From assembly GCA_046290225.1 (NCBI GenBank), contig JBKAGE010000034.1:96001-160000 (forward strand): a stretch of DNA of 64,000 bases, read 5' to 3'. Numbering within the stretch: position 1 is the first letter of the stretch; every line of letters begins with the position of its first letter. Both the position numbers and the translations under genes were made by a program. Under the pieces are notes generated by a model that saw nothing but the letters and a program-made list of their open reading frames with translations, had not been told where the DNA came from and ran no database searches. Source of the DNA: Bradymonadia bacterium. Lineage in GTDB: Bacteria > Myxococcota_A > Bradymonadia > UBA7976 > UBA1532. This document shows, piece by piece, positions 26,873 through 36,243 of the stretch.

Positions 26873-27649
26873 TCACGCGGCGAACTCCACCCTCAAAAGT
26901 TGCCTGCCGAGGAAGACATAGTCGCCGTTCACCAGCTCCCGCTCTCCCTTGACCCGTACGTAGGTACCGTTGCGCGACTGCAGATCGGTGACCACCACCC
27001 GCTGTCGGGTGAAGTCCACCTTGCAGTGGCGACCGCTGATGAACCGATCGTCGGGGAAGTTAAGATCACAGGCCTCACGGCCGATGACCACCGAATCCTG
27101 GCGGGCCATATAACACAGCCCAGCCCGGCCACCCTCGAAGACCTGGCGAATCCGATAGGGCCGCGCTGCACGAGGGCTGGCGAAGAAGTGGGTGTTGTCG
27201 GCGCCCACCGTGTCGCCTGTGAGCTCGCTCATCTCAACTTGCAGCAGCTCTTCGCCGGCAAGGAACTGATCGCCATCCCGAAGCTCTATCGGCGCGCGGA
27301 TCCGGATGTAGACACCGTTGAGGGAGCCCTCGTCACGGACCATCAAGCGACCCGCGCTGTAGAAGAAGTTGGCGTGGCGCGGCGACAGATAATGATCTTC
27401 GGGGAACAGAATCGCCCCCGTCCGTCGTCCGGCGTGATGCTCGGCGGCGTTGAGGTGATAGCTCACCCCGTCGAGACCCTCACCACGAATCAGGACCAGG
27501 CGGGCCCGGCCCTCCGGAGGCGGCTGCTCCGCCGTGGCGGGCGCCTGAGGCCGAGGCACGTCGCCCATGGGATAGCCGCATTTGCCACAGAATTTGTGGT
27601 GGGGCGCCACATCGGCGCTGCAGCTGGGGCACACCAGCATTCCAGACAT
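26873..27649 (-). CDS. Zinc-ribbon + tandem FHA domain protein (paralog of the adjacent gene)
   Basis: Start MSGMLVCPSC..CGKCG; FHA motifs SPRH/SLNGV and SGRH/SRNGT. Confidence 0.85.
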   Translation of the reverse strand: MSGMLVCPSCSADVAPHHKFCGKCGYPMGDVPRPQAPATAEQPPPEGRARLVLIRGEGLDGVSYHLNAAEHHAGRRTGAILFPEDHYLSPRHANFFYSAGRLMVRDEGSLNGVYIRIRAPIELRDGDQFLAGEELLQVEMSELTGDTVGADNTHFFASPRAARPYRIRQVFEGGRAGLCYMARQDSVVIGREACDLNFPDDRFISGRHCKVDFTRQRVVVTDLQSRNGTYVRVKGERELVNGDYVFLGRQLLRVEFAA

Positions 27650-27782
27650 CGAGCACTCCTTGATCCGGCACCTGTGAGAGCGCGTCTTCGGGCCGAATGT
27701 TTCCCCTGTAATAGCGTTGGTGGGCCCTTGAGACAACTCAAGGCTTGTCACGCCGGCCGACTCCTGGCATACGCTCGCCTCC

Positions 27783-29603
27783 ATGAGTGCACCAAACCTG
27801 AGAAACATCGCCATCATCGCCCACGTGGATCACGGCAAGACCACCCTCGTCGACGGGCTGCTCAAGCAGTCCGGAACGGTCGCCGGCCACCAGCGCATGC
27901 AAGAGAGGGCGATGGATCGCCTCGATCTCGAGCAGGAGCGGGGTATCACCATTCTGTCGAAGAACACCGCGATTAAATATCGCGACACGTTGATCAACAT
28001 CGTCGACACCCCCGGACACAGCGACTTCGGCGGCGAGGTGGAGCGGGTGCTCCACATGGTCGACTCGGTGCTGTTGCTCGTGGACGCCTTCGAGGGGCCC
28101 ATGCCCCAGACGCGCTTCGTGCTGCGCAAGGCCCTCGGCCACGGCCTTCGGCCCATCGTGGTGATCAACAAGGTGGATCGCCCTGAGGCCCGCCCCGACG
28201 AGGTGCTCGACATGGTCTTCGACCTGTTCGGCGCCCTCGACGCCACTGACGAGCAGCTCGATTTCCCGGTCATCTACGCCTCGGCGAAGCAGGGCTGGGC
28301 GGTGAACGAGCTCGAGGACGAGCGCGAAGACCTGACCCCCCTCTTCGAGATGATCCTCGATCGAGTCCCCTCGCCAGAGGTGGACCTCGATGGTCCGTTC
28401 CAGATGCAGGTGGCCACCATCGGCTACAACGACTTCGTGGGTCGAATCGCCGTGGGCCGTATCGCCCGGGGCAAGGTGCTCAAGAACACGCAGGTGGCCG
28501 CCGTCGATCATGAGGGCAAGGTCCGCCGGGCCCGCATCAGTCGGCTGAACGGCTTCGTGGGCCTCGAGCAGGTGGAGATCGACGAGGCCAGCGCCGGTGA
28601 CGTCGTGGGCATCGCCGGGGTGGTGGACGCCCTCCCCGGTGAGACCTTCTGCGATCCGGCCCACATCGACGGGTTGCCCCCCATCGCCGTGGACGAGCCC
28701 ACCATCTCCATGGACTTCATGGCCAACACCGGGCCCTTCTCCGGCAAGGAAGGCCAGCACGTCACCAGCCGCAAGGTCCGCGATCGCCTGGAGAAGGAGC
28801 TGCAGTCCAATGTGGCGCTGCGCATGGAGCAGGGCGAAGAGGCCGACACCTTCCGGGTCTCTGGCCGCGGTGAGCTGCACCTGGCCATCCTCTTGGAGAC
28901 CATGCGCCGTGAGGGCTACGAGCTGATGGTGTCGATGCCCCGGGTCATCTTCCGGGACGGCCCTGACGGCAAGCGCGAAGAGCCCTACGAAGATGTCACC
29001 GTCGACTGCGGAGAGGACTTCTCTGGCACGGTGATCCAGGAGCTGAACAACCGCGGCGGTGAGATGCGGGAGATGACCCAGGCCGGTGACGGCCAGACCC
29101 GCCTCGAGTACACCATCCCCAGCCGTGGCCTCATCGGGTACCGGGGCGTGTTCCTCACCCAGACCCGCGGTACAGGCAACCTGTACAGCACCTTCTCGGG
29201 GTATGGCCCCTACCGCGGCGCCATGCAGCGCCGGGCCAGCGGGGTGATGATCGCCCAGGAGAACGGCAAGGTCACCAGCTACGCCATGGAAACGCTCCAG
29301 GAGCGTGGTGTGCTCTTCGTCGAGCCTGGCGATCAGGTCTACGCCGGCATGCTCGTAGGCGAGTGCGCCCGGGGCAAGGATCTGGTGGTGAACCCCTGCA
29401 AGGCCAAGAAGCTCGACAACATGCGTTCGGCCTTCAAAGACGTGGACACGCGCCTCAACGCCGTGCGCAAGCTCACCTTGGAAGAGGCCCTGGAGTTTAT
29501 CAACCCCGACGAGTGGGTAGAGATCACCCCCAAGGCCATCCGCGTCCGCAAGCGTCTGCTTGACCACAACGAGCGCAAACGCCTGGAGAAGAAGGGCGAG
29601 TAG
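27783..29603 (+). CDS. typA: Translational GTPase TypA/BipA
   Basis: [56 protein letters not shown] and [11 protein letters not shown]. Confidence 0.98.
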   Translation: MSAPNLRNIAIIAHVDHGKTTLVDGLLKQSGTVAGHQRMQERAMDRLDLEQERGITILSKNTAIKYRDTLINIVDTPGHSDFGGEVERVLHMVDSVLLLVDAFEGPMPQTRFVLRKALGHGLRPIVVINKVDRPEARPDEVLDMVFDLFGALDATDEQLDFPVIYASAKQGWAVNELEDEREDLTPLFEMILDRVPSPEVDLDGPFQMQVATIGYNDFVGRIAVGRIARGKVLKNTQVAAVDHEGKVRRARISRLNGFVGLEQVEIDEASAGDVVGIAGVVDALPGETFCDPAHIDGLPPIAVDEPTISMDFMANTGPFSGKEGQHVTSRKVRDRLEKELQSNVALRMEQGEEADTFRVSGRGELHLAILLETMRREGYELMVSMPRVIFRDGPDGKREEPYEDVTVDCGEDFSGTVIQELNNRGGEMREMTQAGDGQTRLEYTIPSRGLIGYRGVFLTQTRGTGNLYSTFSGYGPYRGAMQRRASGVMIAQENGKVTSYAMETLQERGVLFVEPGDQVYAGMLVGECARGKDLVVNPCKAKKLDNMRSAFKDVDTRLNAVRKLTLEEALEFINPDEWVEITPKAIRVRKRLLDHNERKRLEKKGE

Positions 29604-29621
29604 CTCGAACAGGCAAGCCTG

Positions 29622-31187
29622 CTACAAGGCTCGCTGTCGACGGCGAGCCATCTCCACCAGAGCTTGATGTACATCGGGCCACTGAGTGATCACCCGCTCG
29701 ACGTCCACCACGTCGAGCACCTGAATCAGACAGTCTGTAGACGCCTCAGCAGTGGCGGCGAGAGGATCCCGGGTGAGGGTGGACACCACCCCGAGGAGAT
29801 CACCTTCGCCGAGGACGGCGAGTGAGTGACCTCCACGGTTCACCTGCACCCTGCCCTCACAGACGATCCAGATGCCCCCGGGCCGATCCCCCTGCTTGAA
29901 CAAGGTCTCTCCCCGGCTCAGGGCCCGAGCATGGAACCGCTGGGACAAGTGGGCCCGCTCGTCCACCGGCAGCCGGTGAAACAGCGGGCTGATGGCGAGG
30001 AAGCGCGCCACCAGGCGGGTCTCGTAGAATCGGGTGAGCGTGCGGTTCACTACGGGGTAGCGCTGGCGGAGCGTCTCGAGCAGCTCACCTCTGATCACGA
30101 AGACCTCGGTGGGGGCTGCGGCGGTCACCGTGGCGCGACGAACCTGCCCCGAGAGCAGGGCGATCTCTCCAAAGAAGGCCCCCGGCTCGAGCTCGGCGAG
30201 CACCACCATCCGCGCCCCGACCCCCGTGTGCACGCGCACCTTGCCGGAGAGCACGATGTAGATGGCGTCCCCGGGCTCGCCCTCTCGTACGAGCACCTCA
30301 CGGGGCGCCGCGGTGTGGCGCTCCGCGAGGGCGATGAGCTCCACAAAGGCGCGGTGAGGCAGCGACGACAACAACGGGATGTCGGGCAGCCCACGGGGAT
30401 CAGGGTTGGACTCTGGAAGGAGACTGCCTAAGCCATCGTCGATGGTGAGGCCCGAAGCAAGCTCGTCGGGGAAGACCGCCCTGGAGACATCGGCGAAGTC
30501 TGCTTCGTCTTCGATGTGCAGGGCGGGCTGATCATCTTGAGAGCGAATCAGCTCCATGAGGGCCTGGGTCCGCGGGTCCTGGACCGCAGGTCGCCCTCTC
30601 ACCTGAGTGACCAGATGAGGATCGGCGGCTTCGACGGCTCGGGGCAACCAGTCGTCCACCTCTTCGATGTCCACATCTTCGATGTTGAGCGAGATCGTCG
30701 AGGGCGCCATGGGATCACGAGGCAGGCTGGGGCCCGCACCCGGAGCCACCTCACTCACCTCCAAGTCTGCCGGGGCTCTCACCGCCATCAGGCTCGCAGC
30801 ATCCACAGGCTCGCTCTGAGGCTCTGGAGCCATATCTACGGAGGCCCCTGCAGGCGGCGGCGTGGCCACAGTGGCCGAGAGGCCCTGGCGATGCGCCAGC
30901 TCAGGGGCCTGAGCGTACAGGCGCGCCAAGTAGAGGGCCACCTCACTGCGACCCGGATCGGCAGCGATGATCTCGTTGCACAGCCGGATCGACTCCAGAT
31001 AGTCCCCCACCCTGGCGCGGGCCTTGGCCACCATGGAGAGCTGCTTGAGGCCGAGGGTGTCCTGACCGGTGAGCAAGTAGAGGCGTCCCAGAGTCTCTCG
31101 CAGGGAGAGGTCATGGGGCATGCGCTCGAGATCTTGACGGACCTGTCGGATGCGTGCGCGCACCTGTCGGGCTTCCTGGGGATCCAT
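29622..31187 (-). CDS. Protein with N-terminal TPR-like region and two cyclic-nucleotide-binding domains
   Basis: REGEPGDAIYIVLSGKV..GAFFGEIALL..RRATV, plus a second, degenerate copy (KQGDRPGGIWIVCEGRV..GDLLG). Confidence 0.85.
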   Translation of the reverse strand: MDPQEARQVRARIRQVRQDLERMPHDLSLRETLGRLYLLTGQDTLGLKQLSMVAKARARVGDYLESIRLCNEIIAADPGRSEVALYLARLYAQAPELAHRQGLSATVATPPPAGASVDMAPEPQSEPVDAASLMAVRAPADLEVSEVAPGAGPSLPRDPMAPSTISLNIEDVDIEEVDDWLPRAVEAADPHLVTQVRGRPAVQDPRTQALMELIRSQDDQPALHIEDEADFADVSRAVFPDELASGLTIDDGLGSLLPESNPDPRGLPDIPLLSSLPHRAFVELIALAERHTAAPREVLVREGEPGDAIYIVLSGKVRVHTGVGARMVVLAELEPGAFFGEIALLSGQVRRATVTAAAPTEVFVIRGELLETLRQRYPVVNRTLTRFYETRLVARFLAISPLFHRLPVDERAHLSQRFHARALSRGETLFKQGDRPGGIWIVCEGRVQVNRGGHSLAVLGEGDLLGVVSTLTRDPLAATAEASTDCLIQVLDVVDVERVITQWPDVHQALVEMARRRQRAL

Positions 31188-31384
31188 CTCCGTGGGGCTC
31201 CTGCATCTGCGTCTTGTGCTCTTTTTACCTACCCCGAAGGCAGATGTGAATCATCGGGATCATTGACGTCGCCTCTGCCCATGGTTACCAGTACGCTCGA
31301 AAACCGCTCGACGGGCCACCGTCGGCGACACAGCTCAACTTGTGGGCCCCCAGCGACGATAGGCGGGGTGCCCCGTAACGGGAG

Positions 31385-31696
31385 ATGGCAAAGATGGAAA
31401 CCGAGTCGAAATACCTGTGCTGGAGCTGCGGTCACGAGATCGACATGACCACCAAGGTCTCTCGACGGGACGACTGCCCGGCGTGTGGGGCAGATCTGCA
31501 CGTCTGCAAGAACTGCAAGTTCTGGGATCCGAGCTATCACAACGAGTGTCGTGAGAACATCAGCCACTACATTCGTGATCGCGAGAAGGCGAACTTCTGC
31601 ATGTCCTTCACTTTCAAGGGCACCACGGAGTTCGACGGCCAGGAGGCCGATGACGCCCGCTCGAAGCTGGAAGCGCTCTTCAAGAACCTGAAGTAG
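31385..31696 (+). CDS. Small Cys-rich putative metal-binding protein
   Basis: CWSC, CPACGADLHVCKNCKF and C...ANFC; GGAG upstream; strongly biased codon usage. Confidence 0.75.
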   Translation: MAKMETESKYLCWSCGHEIDMTTKVSRRDDCPACGADLHVCKNCKFWDPSYHNECRENISHYIRDREKANFCMSFTFKGTTEFDGQEADDARSKLEALFKNLK

Positions 31697-31707
31697 AAAG
31701 GGTCTCG

Positions 31708-32547
31708 ATGGCTCGCCCTCTCCAGATGCCTCTCCGGGCGCTGACGCTCGGGATCTTCGTCGCCCTGCCGTGGACCGCGCTGGGGCAGGGCCGCCCCATC
31801 AGCCTCGCCGAAGAGGCCGCCCGAAAGGCCCAACGGGCCGTGGTAGATGGCGTGACCCAGCTGGCCATCAAAGAGCGGCTGCTCGCCCATCGGCCCGAGA
31901 CCTTTCACCTCGCCTCCAACAGCCTCGACAAGCCCGCCATCGAGGTGATGATCGACCTGATGGTCCTCGACGTGGCGTTGAGCATCACCGAGTACGGGGG
32001 CGTCGAGAACCTCGATCGCATCCAGTCGGAGCTTCAGCTGCTCCGCAGACGGCGGGACCAGAACCCGGCGCTGACCCAAGATGCCATCGCCAAGCGCATC
32101 AACGCCTCAGAGGACGAGCGCACCGAGGCGAGCCGAGTGCTCTTCACCATGCGCTACCTGCAGGAGCATCCTCGGGGCAAGACCGCCCCCACGACCCCTG
32201 ACAGGCCCGTGCCCCGCTCCATCGCGGATCCCGTAGGCGGCTCGAAGGTACAGAAGTCCTGGCGACGCGAGTGGCTCACCGAGCTGAAGTCGGAGCCTCT
32301 CGAGAGCCCACCCCCCTCGGCGCGACGTCCGGATCGGCCCGCAGATCCGTTCCAGGTGGAAGCATCTCCCACTGTGGGGGCGAGAGAGCGAGGCAAGCAA
32401 AGCCTCTTCGGCGCCCTGGAGGCCTGGCTGATGGATGCGTGGGAGAAAAAGGACCTGGGGCGCCTCGCAATCCCCCTCTCCATCATCTGTGCCCTCATCG
32501 CTGGCACCTTCCTCTTCGTGCAACGACGCAAGCGGAGGCGCGCATGA
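31708..32547 (+). CDS. Hypothetical exported protein with C-terminal TM anchor and basic tail
   Basis: Signal peptide; C-terminal LAIPLSIICALIAGTFLFV followed by QRRKRRRA. Confidence 0.6.
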   Translation: MARPLQMPLRALTLGIFVALPWTALGQGRPISLAEEAARKAQRAVVDGVTQLAIKERLLAHRPETFHLASNSLDKPAIEVMIDLMVLDVALSITEYGGVENLDRIQSELQLLRRRRDQNPALTQDAIAKRINASEDERTEASRVLFTMRYLQEHPRGKTAPTTPDRPVPRSIADPVGGSKVQKSWRREWLTELKSEPLESPPPSARRPDRPADPFQVEASPTVGARERGKQSLFGALEAWLMDAWEKKDLGRLAIPLSIICALIAGTFLFVQRRKRRRA

Positions 32548-33956
32548 AGCCTGCTCTACTGGCCTGTGTGGTCGCGCTGTCGATGCTCGGTGGCTGTGGC
32601 GAAAAAGTCATCTCCCCCGAGGAGAGTGTGGGCTTCCGCCAACTGGTGGCAGCCCGTTCGGCGATGGACGCCCACAATTACGCCCTCGCCTACTCGCACT
32701 ATGTACAAGCCCGGCGTATGGGCGCCGGTGTTCGCGAGTGTCGCCTCGGCATGATCCGGGCCCTCGTGGCCATGGGCGATCTCGCCGAAGCCGAGCGCCA
32801 GAGCCAGTCTCTGGTGAAGGCATACAACGACGAAGCCGAAGCGATGGCCCTGGCGATTCAGGTCGAGCTTCTGGTGAACGATCTGGACACAGCGCATCAG
32901 TTGCTGCTGAAGCTGGAGAAGCTGCGGCCCAAGGGCCAGATGACCATCCTGCTCAAGGCCGAGACCTACCTCACCGCGGGGTTCCTCTCCCGGGCCGAGC
33001 AGGCCATCGTCGAGGGCGAGAACCTGCACGGAGAGCTGGCAGACTGGGCGTTCCTCCGGGCGCGCCTCGACTTGCTTCGGCAGTACATCGACGCCGGCGA
33101 GGCGGGCTATGTACAGGCCACGGAGACATTCCGCTCACCCAAGAGCCTGGTGAAGCTGGCCTACTATCAGCACCTGATGGAGCGCACCCACAACGCCGAA
33201 GAAACCCTGCTCAAGGCCCAGGAGATCGCCGGTACGGATCCCACGGCCTATGCCGTACTCGCCGACTTCTACACCGCTCAAGGTCGCTACGACGAGTCGA
33301 TGGCCGAGCTGGGCGCCCTCCGTCAGACCCTGGGCATGCCCACCCCCGATCTCGCTCGCCGGGCAGCGTCGGTGCTCTTGCGCAAGGGCCAGCAAGCCGA
33401 AGCGCAGAGCATCCTGCGACCGGTGCTCAACGCTCAGCCCAATGACGGCCTCGTGGCCCGTGAGCTGGCCATGAGCTACCTGCTCGACGGCCGGGCCAAG
33501 GAGGCGGGCAAGGTGCTCCTCGACGTGGTGGTGGAGAAACTCGATGGGGCCAACGCCCAGTTTCTGCTGGGCCTCGTAGAGCTTCAATCCGAGAACCCGC
33601 TCGCCGCGAAGAAGTCCTTCAGTGCCTTGCTGGTCTCTCAACCTGGCAGCCTAGTGGCCCGCTACGGCCTCGGGTTGGTGGGGCTTCACAGCCGCCGCTG
33701 GTACGATGCCTCATTCGAAGCGAGGAAGGTCCTCGACATCAGCCCCAACGACTACATCGCCGGACTCATCCTCGGCGCCGCTCGCCGCGGTGAGAACAAG
33801 ATGGAGGCGGTGTGGGTGATCAAGCGTTGGTTGCTCAAGCGCCACCCCGACCGCAAAGCCGAGATCGAACACCTGTTTCAGCTGCCACCCGAGCTGAAGG
33901 CCGATCCGGAGAACCCCCCTCGCCTGCCGAAGCACATCCTCAACGACGGCTTGTGA
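32544..33956 (+). CDS. TPR-repeat lipoprotein
   Basis: Start MKPALL overlaps the upstream stop; lipobox LGGC; many TPR-like helix pairs. Confidence 0.75.
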   Translation: MKPALLACVVALSMLGGCGEKVISPEESVGFRQLVAARSAMDAHNYALAYSHYVQARRMGAGVRECRLGMIRALVAMGDLAEAERQSQSLVKAYNDEAEAMALAIQVELLVNDLDTAHQLLLKLEKLRPKGQMTILLKAETYLTAGFLSRAEQAIVEGENLHGELADWAFLRARLDLLRQYIDAGEAGYVQATETFRSPKSLVKLAYYQHLMERTHNAEETLLKAQEIAGTDPTAYAVLADFYTAQGRYDESMAELGALRQTLGMPTPDLARRAASVLLRKGQQAEAQSILRPVLNAQPNDGLVARELAMSYLLDGRAKEAGKVLLDVVVEKLDGANAQFLLGLVELQSENPLAAKKSFSALLVSQPGSLVARYGLGLVGLHSRRWYDASFEARKVLDISPNDYIAGLILGAARRGENKMEAVWVIKRWLLKRHPDRKAEIEHLFQLPPELKADPENPPRLPKHILNDGL

Positions 33957-36243
33957 TCTCGCCCAGAAGGGCACCCTCCAAAACCAGCCACTGCTCGATG
34001 AGCCGCCCTGCCCTGGGGAACACTGGTCCGACAGAGATGCCCTCGATGTCTGGCGTGAGATCCTGGAGTTCACCCACATCGATGGCGCTCGTGCCCACGG
34101 GCAGGGCGAGACCTCCGGCGAGGGCATCAGCCACCGCAGGCCAGATCGCCGTGGCCACGAGCTCCGCCACCACATCTTCGGGGTACGCCGCGAGCGGTTG
34201 CGGACCGCCGAGGTACTGCGCCACCACGTCCGGACGATCCGCGAGCGCCAGGGTGAGCCCCTCACCCTCAGGGCGAAGATCCAGGCCTGCGCGGATGCTC
34301 AGCGTATAGCGATCCGGCTCTGGAGCACCGGGCCGCACCACGTTGATGTCGAGGGCACCAATCTGGGCTTCAAGGGCGGTCTCAGCCCAGGGATCAGCAG
34401 GGACCACCAGCGGCGGCAGGCGCCCGTCGAGAGTGACCTCGTCAACCAGGCCCTGAGCAGCCTCGGGCAACGCCGGCTCGAGGGTGAGCAGGCCCCCCCG
34501 CCACACCTCGTGCAAAATGGCGTTCACCAAATCGAGGTGTACGCCGAGGGTGAGCGGACCTCCAGCAGCCTCGGGGATGCCTCGGGCAGGACCGTCTGGT
34601 GCAGTCAGAGTAGGTAGACCCGGGCTTTGATGCGGAGGCACGGGGGCGCCATTCTCGTGGGTAATCTCACCGCTGAACGTCAGGCCCATGGTGGCCTGCC
34701 TGCGCAGTGTCAATGTGTCAGGATCGAGCGCCAGACGCATACGCACCGGCGGCACCCCTTCCACCCCGGTATCGAGGTTCAGAGGGAGATCCCCAAGAGC
34801 GTCGGTGAGGCTGAGCAGGGCGACTTCCACCAGGGCAGGCAGCTGCTCCACGAGGACCCCACGGAGCACATCGTCCACAGCGCCCTCCACGACACCGCGG
34901 AATTGACTGCCGAAGGTGTCGAGCACTGCCTGGGCTCTCGGATCGCCCAAATCGCCATCGAGGCTCTCCAGGGCCACTGAGGCCTCGTCTACTTCGACAA
35001 CCAGGTTGCCTTCCACCTCGTTGATCTCCACCGTAGCGAAGCCCGCCAGCGCTGCCGTTAGAGTGCCGTCGAGGACGATTGGGGTGCCCTCGAGGGCCAG
35101 CTCGCCTTCGATCTCAAGACTCAGTCGGGGCAACCGCAGGAAGATCTCGAGGCCCGAGGTGGACCACGCCATCGACAGCTCCACGGGGCCGATGTCAGCC
35201 TCCGAGAGCTCGATGGCCAGCCCTTCGTCCAAGCCCAGGGGGCCCAACAGCTCGCCGGGATCGATGGCTTCGACGATCAGCTCGATGAGACTGGTCAGAT
35301 CTTCGGTGGGCTGCACCCCGTCGACCTCAGGGGGCCTCGGGGCGCCACTGGACAAGATGCCCTGTTCGAGGTTGAGCCACATCACCGTGTCCAACGCCAG
35401 CGGCGCCTCGCCGATCTCGAGGTAATGAGGCGCCCACAGCGCCTCGCGCACCACCTGGACCGGGGGCTGTCGAACACCATCATCTGCGGTGACCACCACC
35501 CGGTTGAGGCCAAACTGTGCCGGCAAGTCGATCCCGAAGGATCCATCCTCTGCCACTTCGACCCTGAGGCCGTTCACCAGCACCGAGACCGAGCCCCCAG
35601 CGTCCAGGGCCACCCCACGTACGGGGATCGTCTCCGTGAGATCACCGCCGAGCACCACCCCGTCTGCAGGGCTCTCCACCGTGAGCGTGGGGGCACCGGC
35701 GTCCACATAGAACGCCGCTTGCTCACACACCGGTGTCTCTGCGGGGCCAGAGGGCACACATCCAAGGAGGGCACCCGGGCCTTCCTGAGAAAAGGTCACG
35801 CGGCCGTCGGCGTCTACCGTGGCCATCTCCGGGGGCACCACCTCCCAGCTCACTGGGAGACCCTCCACGGGCTCTCCGATGCGATCGAAGGCTTCGAGAC
35901 GGCCCTCTATCTCCTGGCCAGGCCGGTAGAGCAGCTGCCGAGGGCTCAGCTCCACTTGAACCCAGGCCACCACAGGCGCCTCGGGCTCCGCATCGGGTGC
36001 AGGCGGCTCAGCGTCGGGCATGCGCAGCTCGGCGTCCGGGCTGAGGTCCATGTCCGGCGCCTCAGCGTCGACCCCGGCATCGGGGGGCGGGAGAAGCGTG
36101 CGCATATCGGGCAGGTCTGCATCCGACGCGGAATGCGTCCCCGAGGCAGTGTTGTCGTCGCAGGCGCTCAGGCCCGCCAACCCATACAGGGCAAGGGTGA
36201 TGGCAAAGGGCGACATCATGGACATCTTCACAGCGTGCTTCAT
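33940..36243 (-). CDS. Acidic lipoprotein with Ig-like domains and an uncharacterised C-terminal domain
   Basis: Lipobox LSAC, PDA-rich tether, Ig-like domain (VDAGAPTL...FGLNRVVVTADD). ATGA overlap with the upstream paralog. Confidence 0.7.
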   Translation of the reverse strand: MKHAVKMSMMSPFAITLALYGLAGLSACDDNTASGTHSASDADLPDMRTLLPPPDAGVDAEAPDMDLSPDAELRMPDAEPPAPDAEPEAPVVAWVQVELSPRQLLYRPGQEIEGRLEAFDRIGEPVEGLPVSWEVVPPEMATVDADGRVTFSQEGPGALLGCVPSGPAETPVCEQAAFYVDAGAPTLTVESPADGVVLGGDLTETIPVRGVALDAGGSVSVLVNGLRVEVAEDGSFGIDLPAQFGLNRVVVTADDGVRQPPVQVVREALWAPHYLEIGEAPLALDTVMWLNLEQGILSSGAPRPPEVDGVQPTEDLTSLIELIVEAIDPGELLGPLGLDEGLAIELSEADIGPVELSMAWSTSGLEIFLRLPRLSLEIEGELALEGTPIVLDGTLTAALAGFATVEINEVEGNLVVEVDEASVALESLDGDLGDPRAQAVLDTFGSQFRGVVEGAVDDVLRGVLVEQLPALVEVALLSLTDALGDLPLNLDTGVEGVPPVRMRLALDPDTLTLRRQATMGLTFSGEITHENGAPVPPHQSPGLPTLTAPDGPARGIPEAAGGPLTLGVHLDLVNAILHEVWRGGLLTLEPALPEAAQGLVDEVTLDGRLPPLVVPADPWAETALEAQIGALDINVVRPGAPEPDRYTLSIRAGLDLRPEGEGLTLALADRPDVVAQYLGGPQPLAAYPEDVVAELVATAIWPAVADALAGGLALPVGTSAIDVGELQDLTPDIEGISVGPVFPRAGRLIEQWLVLEGALLGEITSRR

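Noticed and set aside
27738..29567. 609-aa antisense ORF over typA, and similar ORFs at 9773-11113, 37545-39146, 39207-40751, 44617-46206, 52766-54325 and 54647-56596
   Set aside because: These are shadow ORFs expected opposite high-GC3 genes. The other strand carries the recognisable proteins.
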